A DNA stretch of 64,000 nucleotides from an uncultured Candidatus Saccharibacteria bacterium (GCA_964646465.1 CAZYEN010000029.1:2670-66669), one strand, 5' to 3'; counted from the stretch's first letter, positions 37,228 to 47,751 are shown. The notes: generated by a model from the letters alone, not told the origin. Numbers and translations are program-made.

Positions 37228-40227
37228 TTATAATACTTTTATTCCCAAGACTCTTTCTAGTTCTGCAAAATCAGTAGTATGGTCTAATACCTTTAGGATA
37301 CCAGAAACTTCTAAAGTTGTCATCCCTTCCTCAATAGCTAGGCTCTTGATATTAGCAGTTGAGGCATTAGATATAATAGTTTCTTTGATTCTGGGTGTCA
37401 GTACTAATACCTCAAATATAGCAGTGATGCCATTATATCCATTTGGATGCTCGGGGCTAGACTTAGACTCAAGAATAGTATCAGGTATTATACTATGATA
37501 TCTCTCTGGTAATTTAGATTTGATTATATCTTTTTGTTCATCAGAAAGGGTAATAGGGGTTGCATTAGTAGGGTCTATTTTTCTAACAATTCTCTGAGCA
37601 ATAGTCACATTTACAAAAGTAGCTATTTCAGACAGTCCCACTCCCAAGTCATATAATCTTAAAATAGCCGAAGCAGCATCATTGGTATGTAGAGTAGACA
37701 ATAATAAATGTCCAGTAGCTGCTGTTTGCATCGCTACCTTAGCAGTCTCTCCATCTCTTATCTCCCCGATTAAGACAATGTTTGGATTTTGTCTTAAAAG
37801 AGCTCTGATAGCATTAGGGAAACTATAACCAGTCTCTTCATTGATACTGGTCTGTAAAATTCCAGATAATTTATATTCAATTGGATCTTCTATAGTGATA
37901 ATTTTGACTCCAGGTTGATTTAGCGTGTTGAGGGTGGCGTAAAGAGTTGTAGACTTACCAGCACTGGTAGGCCCGGTTACTAAAATTAGTCCAGTAGTTG
38001 CTTTTAACTGTTCCTGTAAAAGTTTAATATTATACTCATCCATGCCGAGGTCTTGTAATTTTATATTAGTAATATCTGATCTTAGTATTCTAAGTACAAT
38101 AGTCTGTCCATAACCTCCTGGAATGATAGAAACTCTGACATCAAAGTTTTTGTCTGTAAAAATAGTGAATCTACCTTCTTGGATTTTATTAGCAATATCT
38201 AAAGGTAGCCCAGTAAAAATTTTAATTTGGCTTAAAATTTGAGGATAGAGTGATTTCGGAACACGAGCTTCCTCATACAATACTCCATCAATCCGAAATC
38301 TAATTATAAGATCAGACATATCTGGCTCAAGGTGAATGTCGGTGGCTCTTTTAGTTAATGCAGCATTAGTAATAGCTGTAAGTTGGTCGTTAATAGACAT
38401 CGATTCAGATATATGGTCAATTTCGGGTAGAGAATCACCAGATTTGTTAATATGAATTCCTCGAGATAAGGCTGACGTCAAAGTAGTCTCATAAATTTCA
38501 TCTACATAAGATATATCTCCCGCCACAGATAAAACCTCTTCAAGGGAAGTCTCTCCATCTACTGCATGTAATACTCCATCTTGAAACAGAGTAACCATAC
38601 CATTTTCAATAGCTTTTCTAAAGATTTTAAATTCTGGAGTATTGTTAATAATTAAATCTTTAATATTGTCACGGGTTTCAAATAATTCATATAAAGCAAG
38701 TCTGCCCTTATAACCTATACCATAACACTTAAAGCAACCTTTTGGACGATATAATCTAGTAATATCTTGAGGTATGGTTAAGTTAGATTTAGGCGATATT
38801 ATAGCCAAGGCTTTTTTTATATAATCTAATTCATTTTCTTCTGGAATATACTCTTCCTTACAATCACATAGCCTCCTTACTAATCTCTGAGCTACAAAAA
38901 GATTCATTGCCGAGATTATTAGTTGGGGGCTAGAACCAAACTCTTTTAATCTAGTAATAATTCCTACCGAATCATTTGTATGAATAGTAGAGAAAACTAA
39001 ATGTCCTGTAATAGCTGCGTTAACAGATATACTAGCTGTTTCATTATCTCTAATTTCTCCAACCATAATTACATCAGGGTCTTGTCTTACAATAGCTTTT
39101 AGTCCATTGGCAAAAGTATATCCTTTTTTATTATCTACTTGAGTTTGATTAATGTTGTGTAATCTATATTCAATAGGATCCTCAATAGTAATTATATTCG
39201 TTTCACTCCGATTAACATAATTAAGAAAAGAGTATAGACTAGTAGTTTTACCTGAACCTGTAGGCCCAGATAACATTATCATTCCTTGAGGTTTGTCTAG
39301 ATTTCTAACTATAATATCTAAAAAAGATTCACGAATGCCAAAATCATAAATATCTAAACTATGAACTGCTGTATTAAGCAGTCTCATAACGATAATCTCT
39401 CCAGTTTTACTAGGTAAGATAGAAACTCTAACGTCAATAGATTGCTTTATATTCCCATTACTCTCTTTGATGGTAATAGAAAATCGACCATCTTGAGCAA
39501 TAGTTTTAATATTTAAAACTAGAGAGGCTAAATTCTTGACTCTTGAAATTAATAATTTATACATTTCATTATCAAAGTTCAAAATATCTTGTAAAACTCC
39601 ATCTATACGGTATCTAAGACGAGTAATATCTCCTTTTGGCTCAATATGTATATCACTAGCAAGTGCTGTTATAGCCCCAGCACAAATTATTTGAGTTAAT
39701 TCAGAAGTGTCAATAGCGTCAATTTTACGAGCAAAATCTTCTAATGAGACTACTCCTTGATTAAACTCATCGATCATTGTAAGAGGAATTATTAATTTAT
39801 CTTTAACAATTTCACTTCTCTCCTGTAAAAATTCATAGGAATTATAACCCTTCTCTAAACTATACTGTGAAACTAGATACAAATCCAGTCCATACTTATT
39901 TTGATACAACCTTTGCAATATTGTTTTAGCTATAGGATTATCTAGATCTTGTAGCGCTATCTTAAGATTTAGTCCAGATCTTTGAAAAATTATCATCTTA
40001 GCTTTTTGGGCCTGTTCTTTAGTTAGAATTTTAAGAGCATCTGGATTAATTGGAATAAATTGCAAGTTAAGATAAGGTATACCAAGACTATCTGCTAAAT
40101 TTTGAGTATTAGATTCTTCTTCTTTTTTACGGATAGTAGATAAATTCATATCTACCACATTGTCAGAATGTAATTTATCTCGAAAGCTTTGCCGATTGGA
40201 TTTTTTTTGTTTTAATATTGTGCTCAT
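37228..40227 (-). CDS. pilB: Tandem-fused double GspE/PilB-type secretion ATPase (type IV pilus/T2SS assembly ATPase x2)
   Basis: Two complete units are present. Each has a GspE N-domain-like region (ASDIHIEP), a Walker A (GPTGSGKTT and GPTSAGKST), an Asp box (VGEIRD and IGEIRDGETA) and a His box (GHLVFSTIHTND and GHLLLSTLHTND). A CxxC...CxxC tetracysteine motif sits between them. Confidence 0.85.
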   Translation of the reverse strand: MSTILKQKKSNRQSFRDKLHSDNVVDMNLSTIRKKEEESNTQNLADSLGIPYLNLQFIPINPDALKILTKEQAQKAKMIIFQRSGLNLKIALQDLDNPIAKTILQRLYQNKYGLDLYLVSQYSLEKGYNSYEFLQERSEIVKDKLIIPLTMIDEFNQGVVSLEDFARKIDAIDTSELTQIICAGAITALASDIHIEPKGDITRLRYRIDGVLQDILNFDNEMYKLLISRVKNLASLVLNIKTIAQDGRFSITIKESNGNIKQSIDVRVSILPSKTGEIIVMRLLNTAVHSLDIYDFGIRESFLDIIVRNLDKPQGMIMLSGPTGSGKTTSLYSFLNYVNRSETNIITIEDPIEYRLHNINQTQVDNKKGYTFANGLKAIVRQDPDVIMVGEIRDNETASISVNAAITGHLVFSTIHTNDSVGIITRLKEFGSSPQLIISAMNLFVAQRLVRRLCDCKEEYIPEENELDYIKKALAIISPKSNLTIPQDITRLYRPKGCFKCYGIGYKGRLALYELFETRDNIKDLIINNTPEFKIFRKAIENGMVTLFQDGVLHAVDGETSLEEVLSVAGDISYVDEIYETTLTSALSRGIHINKSGDSLPEIDHISESMSINDQLTAITNAALTKRATDIHLEPDMSDLIIRFRIDGVLYEEARVPKSLYPQILSQIKIFTGLPLDIANKIQEGRFTIFTDKNFDVRVSIIPGGYGQTIVLRILRSDITNIKLQDLGMDEYNIKLLQEQLKATTGLILVTGPTSAGKSTTLYATLNTLNQPGVKIITIEDPIEYKLSGILQTSINEETGYSFPNAIRALLRQNPNIVLIGEIRDGETAKVAMQTAATGHLLLSTLHTNDAASAILRLYDLGVGLSEIATFVNVTIAQRIVRKIDPTNATPITLSDEQKDIIKSKLPERYHSIIPDTILESKSSPEHPNGYNGITAIFEVLVLTPRIKETIISNASTANIKSLAIEEGMTTLEVSGILKVLDHTTDFAELERVLGIKVL

Positions 40228-40342
40228 GAATATAGTGTATATATTAAAATTATATCATAAAACACTAAAAATAACAAATTTACGGGCTATATTGAACATA
40301 GCAATTTTTATATTTGTGATTAATATGATATAATATTTTTAT

Positions 40343-41413
40343 ATGAGATATATAAAAGATTATACAAGCTCTCTAGAAGGTAAATGTGTTCTGGTGAGAA
40401 TAGATGTTAATGAGCCTGTGGATGAACGGGGTTATCCTCAAGATACCTTTAGAATAAAAAAGTCTTTAGAAACTATTAATTTTTTACGAGAGGCTGGGGC
40501 TAAGATTATTCTAATAGCTCACTTGGGGGATCCTCAAAAAGACGGTAGAGAAGGTTTGTCTTTAGAGCCAATTTCTAAAGTATTGGGTCAGGTTGGTGCC
40601 TTTGAGATTAAATTTATCTCTGAAAATATTGATGATATACATCCTAATGTCATCAAAAATATGTTAAATTCTGAGGTTGTACTTTTAGAAAATTTGAGAT
40701 TTGATTCCAGAGAAGAGGAGAATAGTCAAGAATTTGCTAAGATATTAGAGCAATTTGCTGACTTGTATGTTAGTGATGCTTTTTCAGTTATGCATCGCAA
40801 ACATAGTTCAGTAGTTGCTATTACGGAAATTTTGCCTTCCTTTGGTGGTCTTGTTCTGGAGCAGGAGTTAGATGCTTTAAATTATATATTAAATAATCCG
40901 AATAAACCAGCCGTCGCTATTATTGGAGGGGCTAAAATATCTACTAAATTACCAGTTATTAAGGCATTGGAGTCCATTTTTGATAATATTCTTGTGGGGG
41001 GTAAAATTGCAAATGAATATATTGATGAATATGGTGTAGCACAAAATGAGAAAATTATTTTACCAATAGATTTTATTGATAAAGAGAGATATGATATTGG
41101 TCCAAAAACAAGAGAATTATTTGCAAGTTATATCTCTCAAGCCTCGACTGTGATCTGGAATGGTCCTATGGGTTGGTTTGAACAAAATCCTTATGATGAG
41201 GGAACTGAATTTATAGCTAAAGCTATTGCTGAGAATGAGGCTAGTTATTCTGTAATTGGTGGGGGAGAAACTATAGATGAAGTTCATAATTTACATCAAG
41301 AGTCTAAAATAGATTTCATCTCTACTGGTGGAGGGGCTATGTTGGAGTATATAGCAACTAAAGGGCAGTTACCTGGAATCAAGGCTCTTGCAAGTAATAA
41401 TTTAGATATATGA
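40343..41413 (+). CDS. pgk: Phosphoglycerate kinase
   Basis: The N-terminus reads VLVRIDVNEP..D...RI...L.TI..L...GAKIILIAHLG, which is a PGK signature. Confidence 0.85.
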   Translation: MRYIKDYTSSLEGKCVLVRIDVNEPVDERGYPQDTFRIKKSLETINFLREAGAKIILIAHLGDPQKDGREGLSLEPISKVLGQVGAFEIKFISENIDDIHPNVIKNMLNSEVVLLENLRFDSREEENSQEFAKILEQFADLYVSDAFSVMHRKHSSVVAITEILPSFGGLVLEQELDALNYILNNPNKPAVAIIGGAKISTKLPVIKALESIFDNILVGGKIANEYIDEYGVAQNEKIILPIDFIDKERYDIGPKTRELFASYISQASTVIWNGPMGWFEQNPYDEGTEFIAKAIAENEASYSVIGGGETIDEVHNLHQESKIDFISTGGGAMLEYIATKGQLPGIKALASNNLDI

Positions 41414-42528
41414 GAATAGCTGTACACGGTTCACATTTGTGTCAGGAGCGGGAGGATGGAAATCAGACTTATATTTTGAATTTATTCCGAGCTATTCGAG
41501 ATATTGATAGGGTTAATCAATATACTTTTTATTATAATAAACCTATTAATAAAAAGGTAGAAGCTCCCAATTTTGTGCACAAAGTACAGCAAACTCCTTT
41601 TATGTGGACTCAGAGAGTATTCCCATTTTTATTGCGCCGAGATAAACCGGATGTACTGTTTATGCCGATTCAAATGTTACCTTTTTTGAAGGCACAAAAA
41701 CAAAAATCTGTAGTTACAATTCATGACTTAGCCTTTCTTTTATATCCAGAAACTTTTCCTGCGAAGGATGCTTTTTTACATAAACTGTATGTCAGAGAAG
41801 CGATTACCAAGGCTGACCATCTAATTGCTATTACAGAGGCTACCAAACAAGATATAGTTAAATTTTATAAAGTTAATCCAAATAAAATTACTGTAGTTTA
41901 TCATGGTGTGGATAAAGATAGATTTAGATTAATGCAAGAAGGAGAGGAAAATCTAGTTGCAGATGTTAAGACTAAATACAATATTACTAAGCCTTATATT
42001 TTATATATTGGGAATGTGCAACCTCGTAAAAATATCCAGGGCTTAATCAAGGCTTATCAAAAATTAAGGAAAACTTCTGATCATAATTATCAGTTAGTTA
42101 TTGCAGGAGCGAAGGCTTGGTTAGTAGAAGAGGTGATGAAGGAAATAGGAGCTGCATACAGAGATGATATAGTTTTTACCGGTAGATTTGAAGATGCAGA
42201 ATTAGCACCACTTCTGTGGGGAGCGAATCTATTTGTATTACCTAGCTTTTATGAAGGATTTGGGTTGCCAATTTTAGAGGCTATGGCTTGTGGAGTTCCT
42301 ACATTAGTTTCCAACACCCCTAGTTTGGTGGAGGTTGGGGGCGAAGCCTCACTATCTTTTGACCCTCATAGTATTGACGATATGGCAAAAGTGTTAGACA
42401 ATGTAATAAGTAATCCTGATTTGAGAATTGAAATGAGGAAAAAAGGGTTAAAAAGAGTAGCGGAATTCTCTTGGAATCTTTGTGCAAAGCAAACTATAGA
42501 TGTAATTCAAAAGATTAACTCACTATGA
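41410..42528 (+). CDS. Glycosyltransferase family 4
   Basis: The EGFGLPILEAMACGVPTLVSN motif, with an ATGA overlap onto pgk. Confidence 0.8.
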   Translation: MRIAVHGSHLCQEREDGNQTYILNLFRAIRDIDRVNQYTFYYNKPINKKVEAPNFVHKVQQTPFMWTQRVFPFLLRRDKPDVLFMPIQMLPFLKAQKQKSVVTIHDLAFLLYPETFPAKDAFLHKLYVREAITKADHLIAITEATKQDIVKFYKVNPNKITVVYHGVDKDRFRLMQEGEENLVADVKTKYNITKPYILYIGNVQPRKNIQGLIKAYQKLRKTSDHNYQLVIAGAKAWLVEEVMKEIGAAYRDDIVFTGRFEDAELAPLLWGANLFVLPSFYEGFGLPILEAMACGVPTLVSNTPSLVEVGGEASLSFDPHSIDDMAKVLDNVISNPDLRIEMRKKGLKRVAEFSWNLCAKQTIDVIQKINSL

Positions 42529-43577
42529 GAAAAATTATACCTAATGACAAAAAGTTGCCAAAGAAAAAAATGAAGCCTTGGAAAAAAAGGTTATTGATTA
42601 TCTTTGTAATACTTTTCTTGATAGGTGTTTCTGTGCTTGGATATTTTGCTTATAAAGCTAATAAATCCATTAATAATATTACTGGAGAAAATCAGTCTAT
42701 TTTTGATACTGCTAAGTCACTATTATCTGGGGCTGCAAATAAACAACTAAAATCAGATAATGGTAGAACAAATATAGTACTATTAGGTATGCGTGGCGAA
42801 AACGACCCTAACGGAGGATTACTGTCTGACTCTATAATGATTCTTTCAATACAACAAGAATCTAAAAAAGTGGCTATGATATCTATCCCTAGAGATTTAA
42901 GAGTAGAAGTCCCAGGTATAAAAGGATATAGTAAGCTAAACTCAGCTCATGCAGTTGGTTTTAAACAAAACCCATCACAAGGTTTGCAATATACTATGAA
43001 AGTTTTAGAAGAGGTTACAGGTATGCCTATGCATTATGGAGTTAGTGTGGACTTTATTGCTTTTAAAGGAATTATTGATGCTTTAGGAGGTGTTACAATT
43101 AATGCTGCAAGTGACTTTTATGACCCTAACTATGATGGAGGAATTAGAGTTAAAAAGGGCTTGAATGATTTAAATAGTGATAGAGCTTTGAAGTATGTTC
43201 AAGCAAGATTAACTAGTAATGATTTTGACCGTTCCCGTCGTCAAAGAGAGGTAATTACTGCGATAAAAGATAAAGCTGATCAGAACGGTTCTCTTAGAAA
43301 TCCAATCTTTATGCTAGATCTGTTAGAAAATTTTGGAACTAATGTAAGGACTACTATGACAGTTGACGAGTTGAGAATGACAGCTGATACTATTGGTACT
43401 TTGGATATGAACAATATGATTCAAAAGGGTTATGATACTTCTGCAGAAGGTCCTTTTACATCTCAAACTTTGCCTAGTATTGGGTATGTTATTGTTCCAA
43501 GAGGTGGTAACTTTAATGTATTCCAAAAAGATATACAAAGTGTATTTGATGCTGAGACTGACTTAACTCAACCTTAA
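42525..43577 (+). CDS. LytR-CpsA-Psr (LCP) family phosphotransferase
   Basis: An N-terminal TM helix and IVLLGMRGEND....SDSIMILSI, with an ATGA overlap onto the upstream gene. Confidence 0.85.
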   Translation: MRKIIPNDKKLPKKKMKPWKKRLLIIFVILFLIGVSVLGYFAYKANKSINNITGENQSIFDTAKSLLSGAANKQLKSDNGRTNIVLLGMRGENDPNGGLLSDSIMILSIQQESKKVAMISIPRDLRVEVPGIKGYSKLNSAHAVGFKQNPSQGLQYTMKVLEEVTGMPMHYGVSVDFIAFKGIIDALGGVTINAASDFYDPNYDGGIRVKKGLNDLNSDRALKYVQARLTSNDFDRSRRQREVITAIKDKADQNGSLRNPIFMLDLLENFGTNVRTTMTVDELRMTADTIGTLDMNNMIQKGYDTSAEGPFTSQTLPSIGYVIVPRGGNFNVFQKDIQSVFDAETDLTQP

Positions 43578-43580
43578 AGT

Positions 43581-44405
43581 ATGTACAAATATAAGTATAA
43601 GGTAGCTATTACAATTGTAAATTACAATACAAAAGATCTACTTTTATATTGCTTAAAAAAAATTTATAATGCTCAAATCAGTATTCCATTTCAAGTTATA
43701 GTTTTAGACAATGCTTCTAATGATACTGATGATATAGAAGAAGAAGTCAATGATAAATATCCTCTAGTAGAATTCTTAAAGCAACCTACAAATGATGGAT
43801 ATACTAAAGGCGTCAATATTTGTGCTAAATATGCTCAGTCTGAGTATATATTTAATTTGAATACAGATGCTTTTCTAGACAAAGGAGTGGTCGAACAGAT
43901 GGTTAGTTATTTGGAAAAAAATCCATCAGTTGGTTTGATCGGTCCACAGCTTTTAAATTTTGATAGTTCAATACAAGAGTCAACATATCACTTTTTAACT
44001 CCATTATTAGCACTTTATCGTAGAACCCCAATAGGGCTACTTCCATTTGCAAAAAAAGCAATTGATAAGTTTAAAATGTCTGATTGGAATCATCAATCTG
44101 TAAAAGAGGTGGATTGGGTACTGGGAGCTGCCTATATGTTCCCTAAAACTATAATTGAAAAAATTAATTATCTTGATGAAGATATGTTTTTATATTTATC
44201 TGATACTTATTTTGCTTGGCAAGTCTGGTTGAGCGGGTATAAGGTTGTCTATTATCCAGAGGTTAAAATGTATCATTATCATCGTAAATCTAGTCAAAAT
44301 GGTTTTATATTTAGGTTATTATTTAAAAAAATTTACTGGATACATATTCAAGACGGAATTAAGTTCTTCCGTAAAACATGGGCTAAGCCCAATCCTCATC
44401 AATAG
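43581..44405 (+). CDS. Glycosyltransferase family 2
   Basis: AITIVNYNTKDLL...VLDNASND, the GT-A DxD region. Confidence 0.8.
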   Translation: MYKYKYKVAITIVNYNTKDLLLYCLKKIYNAQISIPFQVIVLDNASNDTDDIEEEVNDKYPLVEFLKQPTNDGYTKGVNICAKYAQSEYIFNLNTDAFLDKGVVEQMVSYLEKNPSVGLIGPQLLNFDSSIQESTYHFLTPLLALYRRTPIGLLPFAKKAIDKFKMSDWNHQSVKEVDWVLGAAYMFPKTIIEKINYLDEDMFLYLSDTYFAWQVWLSGYKVVYYPEVKMYHYHRKSSQNGFIFRLLFKKIYWIHIQDGIKFFRKTWAKPNPHQ

Positions 44406-44424
44406 TTAACTTGAAATTTACATT

Positions 44425-45606
44425 ATGAAATTATATAACTTTTTATTCACAGCTATTCTTCTAATTATATCTTTTGTTTTAGGAGGATTTTATTTTCAAG
44501 ATTATGTGTATAGTTTTATTTCTTCTAATTCTAAATTGTCAAATAATTTAGAGACTGATTCTTTACAAAAAGTATATAACTTTTTACGAGAGGAATATCT
44601 TTATCCTGATAAATTTGAAGACAAATTAAATGCAGAGTTAGGTGCAGTAAAAGGGGTAGTAGAATCTCTTGATGATCCATATACTGTTTACTTATCTAAA
44701 GATGAATATAAGGATTTTTCAGAGAGTTTAGATGGTAAATTTCAAGGAATTGGAGCTGAAATTGGACTCAAAGAGGGTCAGTTAATAGTTATCTCTCCAA
44801 TTGCAGGTACTCCAGCTAGTAAGGCTGGGTTATTGCCAGGAGATGCTATTATTAATATTAATGGTGAAAATACGTTTGGTCTCAGTGTAGACAAAGCAGT
44901 TTCCAAAATTAGAGGAGAAAAAGGAACCGAAGTTAAATTAGAAATAGCAAGAGAAGGGCAGGATGGAATAAAAGAATTTGTTATAGTTAGAGATACTATA
45001 GATGTTCCAAATATTACAATTAAAGAAAAAGATGAAGTTGGTATTATTACTTTATCTCAATTCCAGGTGGAAACAGCTCAAGAATTAGATAAAGAAATAG
45101 TAAAGTTGCAAAAAAAAGGTATTAATAATGTAATACTAGACTTAAGAAATAATCCTGGAGGCTATTTACAGGCAGCCGTTGAAGTAGTTGAATTATTTAC
45201 TCCAAAAGGATCGGTCGCAGTGATAGAAAAAGGCAGAGAATCTAATATGGTAAAAGAGATAAAAACTAAAAAGGCTCCCAAATATGAAGAAATAAAGTTA
45301 GTAGTACTAGTCAATCAAGGCTCAGCCAGTGCTTCTGAAATAGTAGCAGGTGCTCTGAGAGATTTGAAAGATATTAAGTTAGTTGGGCAGCAGACTTTTG
45401 GTAAAGGTTTAGTACAAAGTACTAAAGAGTTTCCTGATGGATCTGTTTTAAAGTATACTATTGCAGAATGGTTTACTCCTGATGGATCGGCTCTTAACAA
45501 AGAAGGAATTAAGCCAGATTTTGAAGTAAAATTAACAGCTGATGATATTAAAGCAGAAAAAGACCCTCAATTAGATAAAGCAATAGAAATAATAAAATCC
45601 AAATAA
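44425..45606 (+). CDS. ctpA: Carboxyl-terminal processing protease (S41, CtpA-like)
   Basis: The PDZ region GLLPGDAIININGEN, and the catalytic region LVNQGSASASEIVAGAL with a downstream Lys. Confidence 0.85.
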   Translation: MKLYNFLFTAILLIISFVLGGFYFQDYVYSFISSNSKLSNNLETDSLQKVYNFLREEYLYPDKFEDKLNAELGAVKGVVESLDDPYTVYLSKDEYKDFSESLDGKFQGIGAEIGLKEGQLIVISPIAGTPASKAGLLPGDAIININGENTFGLSVDKAVSKIRGEKGTEVKLEIAREGQDGIKEFVIVRDTIDVPNITIKEKDEVGIITLSQFQVETAQELDKEIVKLQKKGINNVILDLRNNPGGYLQAAVEVVELFTPKGSVAVIEKGRESNMVKEIKTKKAPKYEEIKLVVLVNQGSASASEIVAGALRDLKDIKLVGQQTFGKGLVQSTKEFPDGSVLKYTIAEWFTPDGSALNKEGIKPDFEVKLTADDIKAEKDPQLDKAIEIIKSK

Positions 45607-45610
45607 ATAT

Positions 45611-46825
45611 TTATATTTGATCGAAAGAAACTATGTTCCCATTGATCTCTACTCCATTTTGAGAAATGCTTTTAGAGCTAATAATAACTCTTTTATTAAT
45701 TCCGAGTAAATCAGCTTCTGCGAATTTTATGCCAGGTCTTTCATTACGGTTATCGAATAAAACGCTTTGATTATTTTCTTTAAGATTATCATATAGTTCC
45801 CCGGCTTTTTGCATAACTTCTACCGAGTCCGTGTTTAGGGCGATAAGATGAATGTTAAAGGGGCTAACCTCAACAGGCCACTTCATTTTAGCTTCATTTT
45901 CAGCAAAAACCTCTACTAAAGTTCCCATTAATCTAGAAATTCCAATTCCATAACATCCCATAATTACAGGTTTATTTATACCATTCTCATCAGTAAATTC
46001 TAAGTCAAAAGCTTCAGAGTATTTTGTTTGTAATTTGAATATATTTCCAACTTCAATGGATTGTCTTTGAGTTAAATCAGAGTTATTACACTCAGGACAA
46101 GTTTTTTGTTCTTCTATAATTTCTTTATTGATAGCAATATTACATTTTTCACATATAAAAATCGTATCTTCTCCAATATCAGATATGGTTTGGAATTCGT
46201 GAGAATATTTACTAAAAGTACCGCCTGAAGCATAAGTCTTAAGAGTAATATCACCAATACCAAGCCTTTTATAAATGTTCAAGTAGGCTTGAGTTACGAT
46301 CTCGTAATATGTATCTAAATCTTCAGAAGAACTATGAAAGGAATATAAATCTTTCATAATAAACTCTCGACCTCTTAATATGCCTGATTTTGCCCTTTTT
46401 TCATCCCTAAATTTAGTTTGAATTTGATAAGCAGCTAAAGGTAAATCTTGATATGATTGAATAAGATTTTTTGCTATAGGTGTTATAATCTCTTCATGAG
46501 TAGAACCTAAAGCTAACTCTGTTGAAGTGTAGTAAGAAGTAAATCTGTAAAGTACATCTAAACTATCCCATCTACCAGTTTTTTCCCAATAAGATTTTGG
46601 TTGTAAGGCTGGTAACAATAGTTCTTGAGCTGATATTTTATTAAGTTCTTGTCTCACTATACTTTCAATATTTTGTAAAACACGATAACCTAATGGTAGG
46701 TAAGCATAAACTCCAGCCATAACTTGTTCCACGTAGCCTGCTTTTATTAGAATTTTGGCGTTTAAAGACTCTTCAGATTGAGATATATATTTTCTAGTTT
46801 TTGAAATTAATTCAGATTGATACAT
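45611..46825 (-). CDS. proS: Prolyl-tRNA synthetase, bacterial type, lacking the INS editing domain (a CxxC...CPEC mini-insert is present instead)
   Basis: Motif 2 reads QIQTKFRDEKRAKSGILRGREFIMKDLYSFH and motif 3 reads GCYGIGISR. The protein is only 404 aa. Confidence 0.8.
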   Translation of the reverse strand: MYQSELISKTRKYISQSEESLNAKILIKAGYVEQVMAGVYAYLPLGYRVLQNIESIVRQELNKISAQELLLPALQPKSYWEKTGRWDSLDVLYRFTSYYTSTELALGSTHEEIITPIAKNLIQSYQDLPLAAYQIQTKFRDEKRAKSGILRGREFIMKDLYSFHSSSEDLDTYYEIVTQAYLNIYKRLGIGDITLKTYASGGTFSKYSHEFQTISDIGEDTIFICEKCNIAINKEIIEEQKTCPECNNSDLTQRQSIEVGNIFKLQTKYSEAFDLEFTDENGINKPVIMGCYGIGISRLMGTLVEVFAENEAKMKWPVEVSPFNIHLIALNTDSVEVMQKAGELYDNLKENNQSVLFDNRNERPGIKFAEADLLGINKRVIISSKSISQNGVEINGNIVSFDQI

Positions 46826-46833
46826 ATTAAGTT

Positions 46834-47295
46834 TTAATTATTAAGTAAGGTACTTATTTTATCTTGAGGGAAGTATTTCATAACAATGTGCCATACTGGT
46901 TTGCGATATTCATGTAGAAATTTTTCAATTTTATTTTGAGATACCCATAGAAATCCTCCTAATTCTCGTCTATCTACTCTAATTGATTGGGTTCCTCCAT
47001 TGAACCGTAACAACATAATGGTTTGCTCTTGTCCTAAGTTTTCGTCCCTGATTAATCTTTTAGGAAAATAGAAAGTGTGTTTTTCTGGACATTTATCCAA
47101 AATTGTAAAATCAGTAGTGTTTAATTCTTCTCCTAACTCTCTTATTATGGCTTCTTCATGAGTTTCATTTTCATTAACTCCGCCTTGAGGAAATTGCCAG
47201 TGTAGAGGGTCATTTGCCCTAGATACAATTAATACATTTTCATCTTTATCGAATATGATTGCTAGTACATTTTTTCTTAGCTTACCATAGGACAT
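46834..47295 (-). CDS. Nudix hydrolase
   Basis: The Nudix box reads QGGVNENETHEEAIIRELGEELN, matching GX5EX7REUXEEXGU. The gene lies 8 nt upstream of proS on the same strand. Confidence 0.75.
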   Translation of the reverse strand: MSYGKLRKNVLAIIFDKDENVLIVSRANDPLHWQFPQGGVNENETHEEAIIRELGEELNTTDFTILDKCPEKHTFYFPKRLIRDENLGQEQTIMLLRFNGGTQSIRVDRRELGGFLWVSQNKIEKFLHEYRKPVWHIVMKYFPQDKISTLLNN

Positions 47296-47458
47296 ATATT
47301 TTTAAAATTAGGCTATTATCATAATTGCATATATTATAGCTTATATTTAGTATTTTGTATATATTTAAAGTATTTTTATTTAAAAAGATGAGAAATATCG
47401 TAGACAAAAATTTAAAAACATGGTATATTATACTATATTAATATAATATAGTATAAAT

Positions 47459-47698
47459 ATGAGTAAAAAACTATTAGAAAAACACCCAGATCACAAAGAA
47501 TTCATTTATAAGACTGAGATTATAGCAAGATATGCTCTAAAAGCTATGGTAATATTAGTAGCTATTACACTTGTCCTGTATCAGGTATTGTTCGCTTTGT
47601 CATATCTTGGGTTAACTTCATATCAAGAATATAAGCAAGAGCAACAACAGAAGCAGCAGCAAGAAGCTCTAGAGCAGTTACAAGAAGATAAAAAATAA
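47459..47698 (+). CDS. Small protein with one TM helix and a Gln/Lys-rich tail
   Basis: A 79-aa ORF followed by a clean terminator. Confidence 0.35.
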   Translation: MSKKLLEKHPDHKEFIYKTEIIARYALKAMVILVAITLVLYQVLFALSYLGLTSYQEYKQEQQQKQQQEALEQLQEDKK

Positions 47699-47728
47699 AT
47701 AATAATTTTTTTCACTACCTTTGCAATA

Positions 47729-47751
47729 GAAGCCGGTAATTCCGGTTTTTA
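47729..47751 (+). terminator. Intrinsic terminator (agccgg-taatt-ccggtt plus T5)
   Basis: The hairpin and T-run are seen in the sequence. Confidence 0.5.

Noticed and set aside
47296-47458. Possible T-box or attenuator leaders upstream of the aaRS operons (nudix-proS, leuS, trpS)
   Set aside because: The upstream regions are short or purely AT-rich. They have no AGGGUGG/ACCGCG T-box core and no specifier hairpin.
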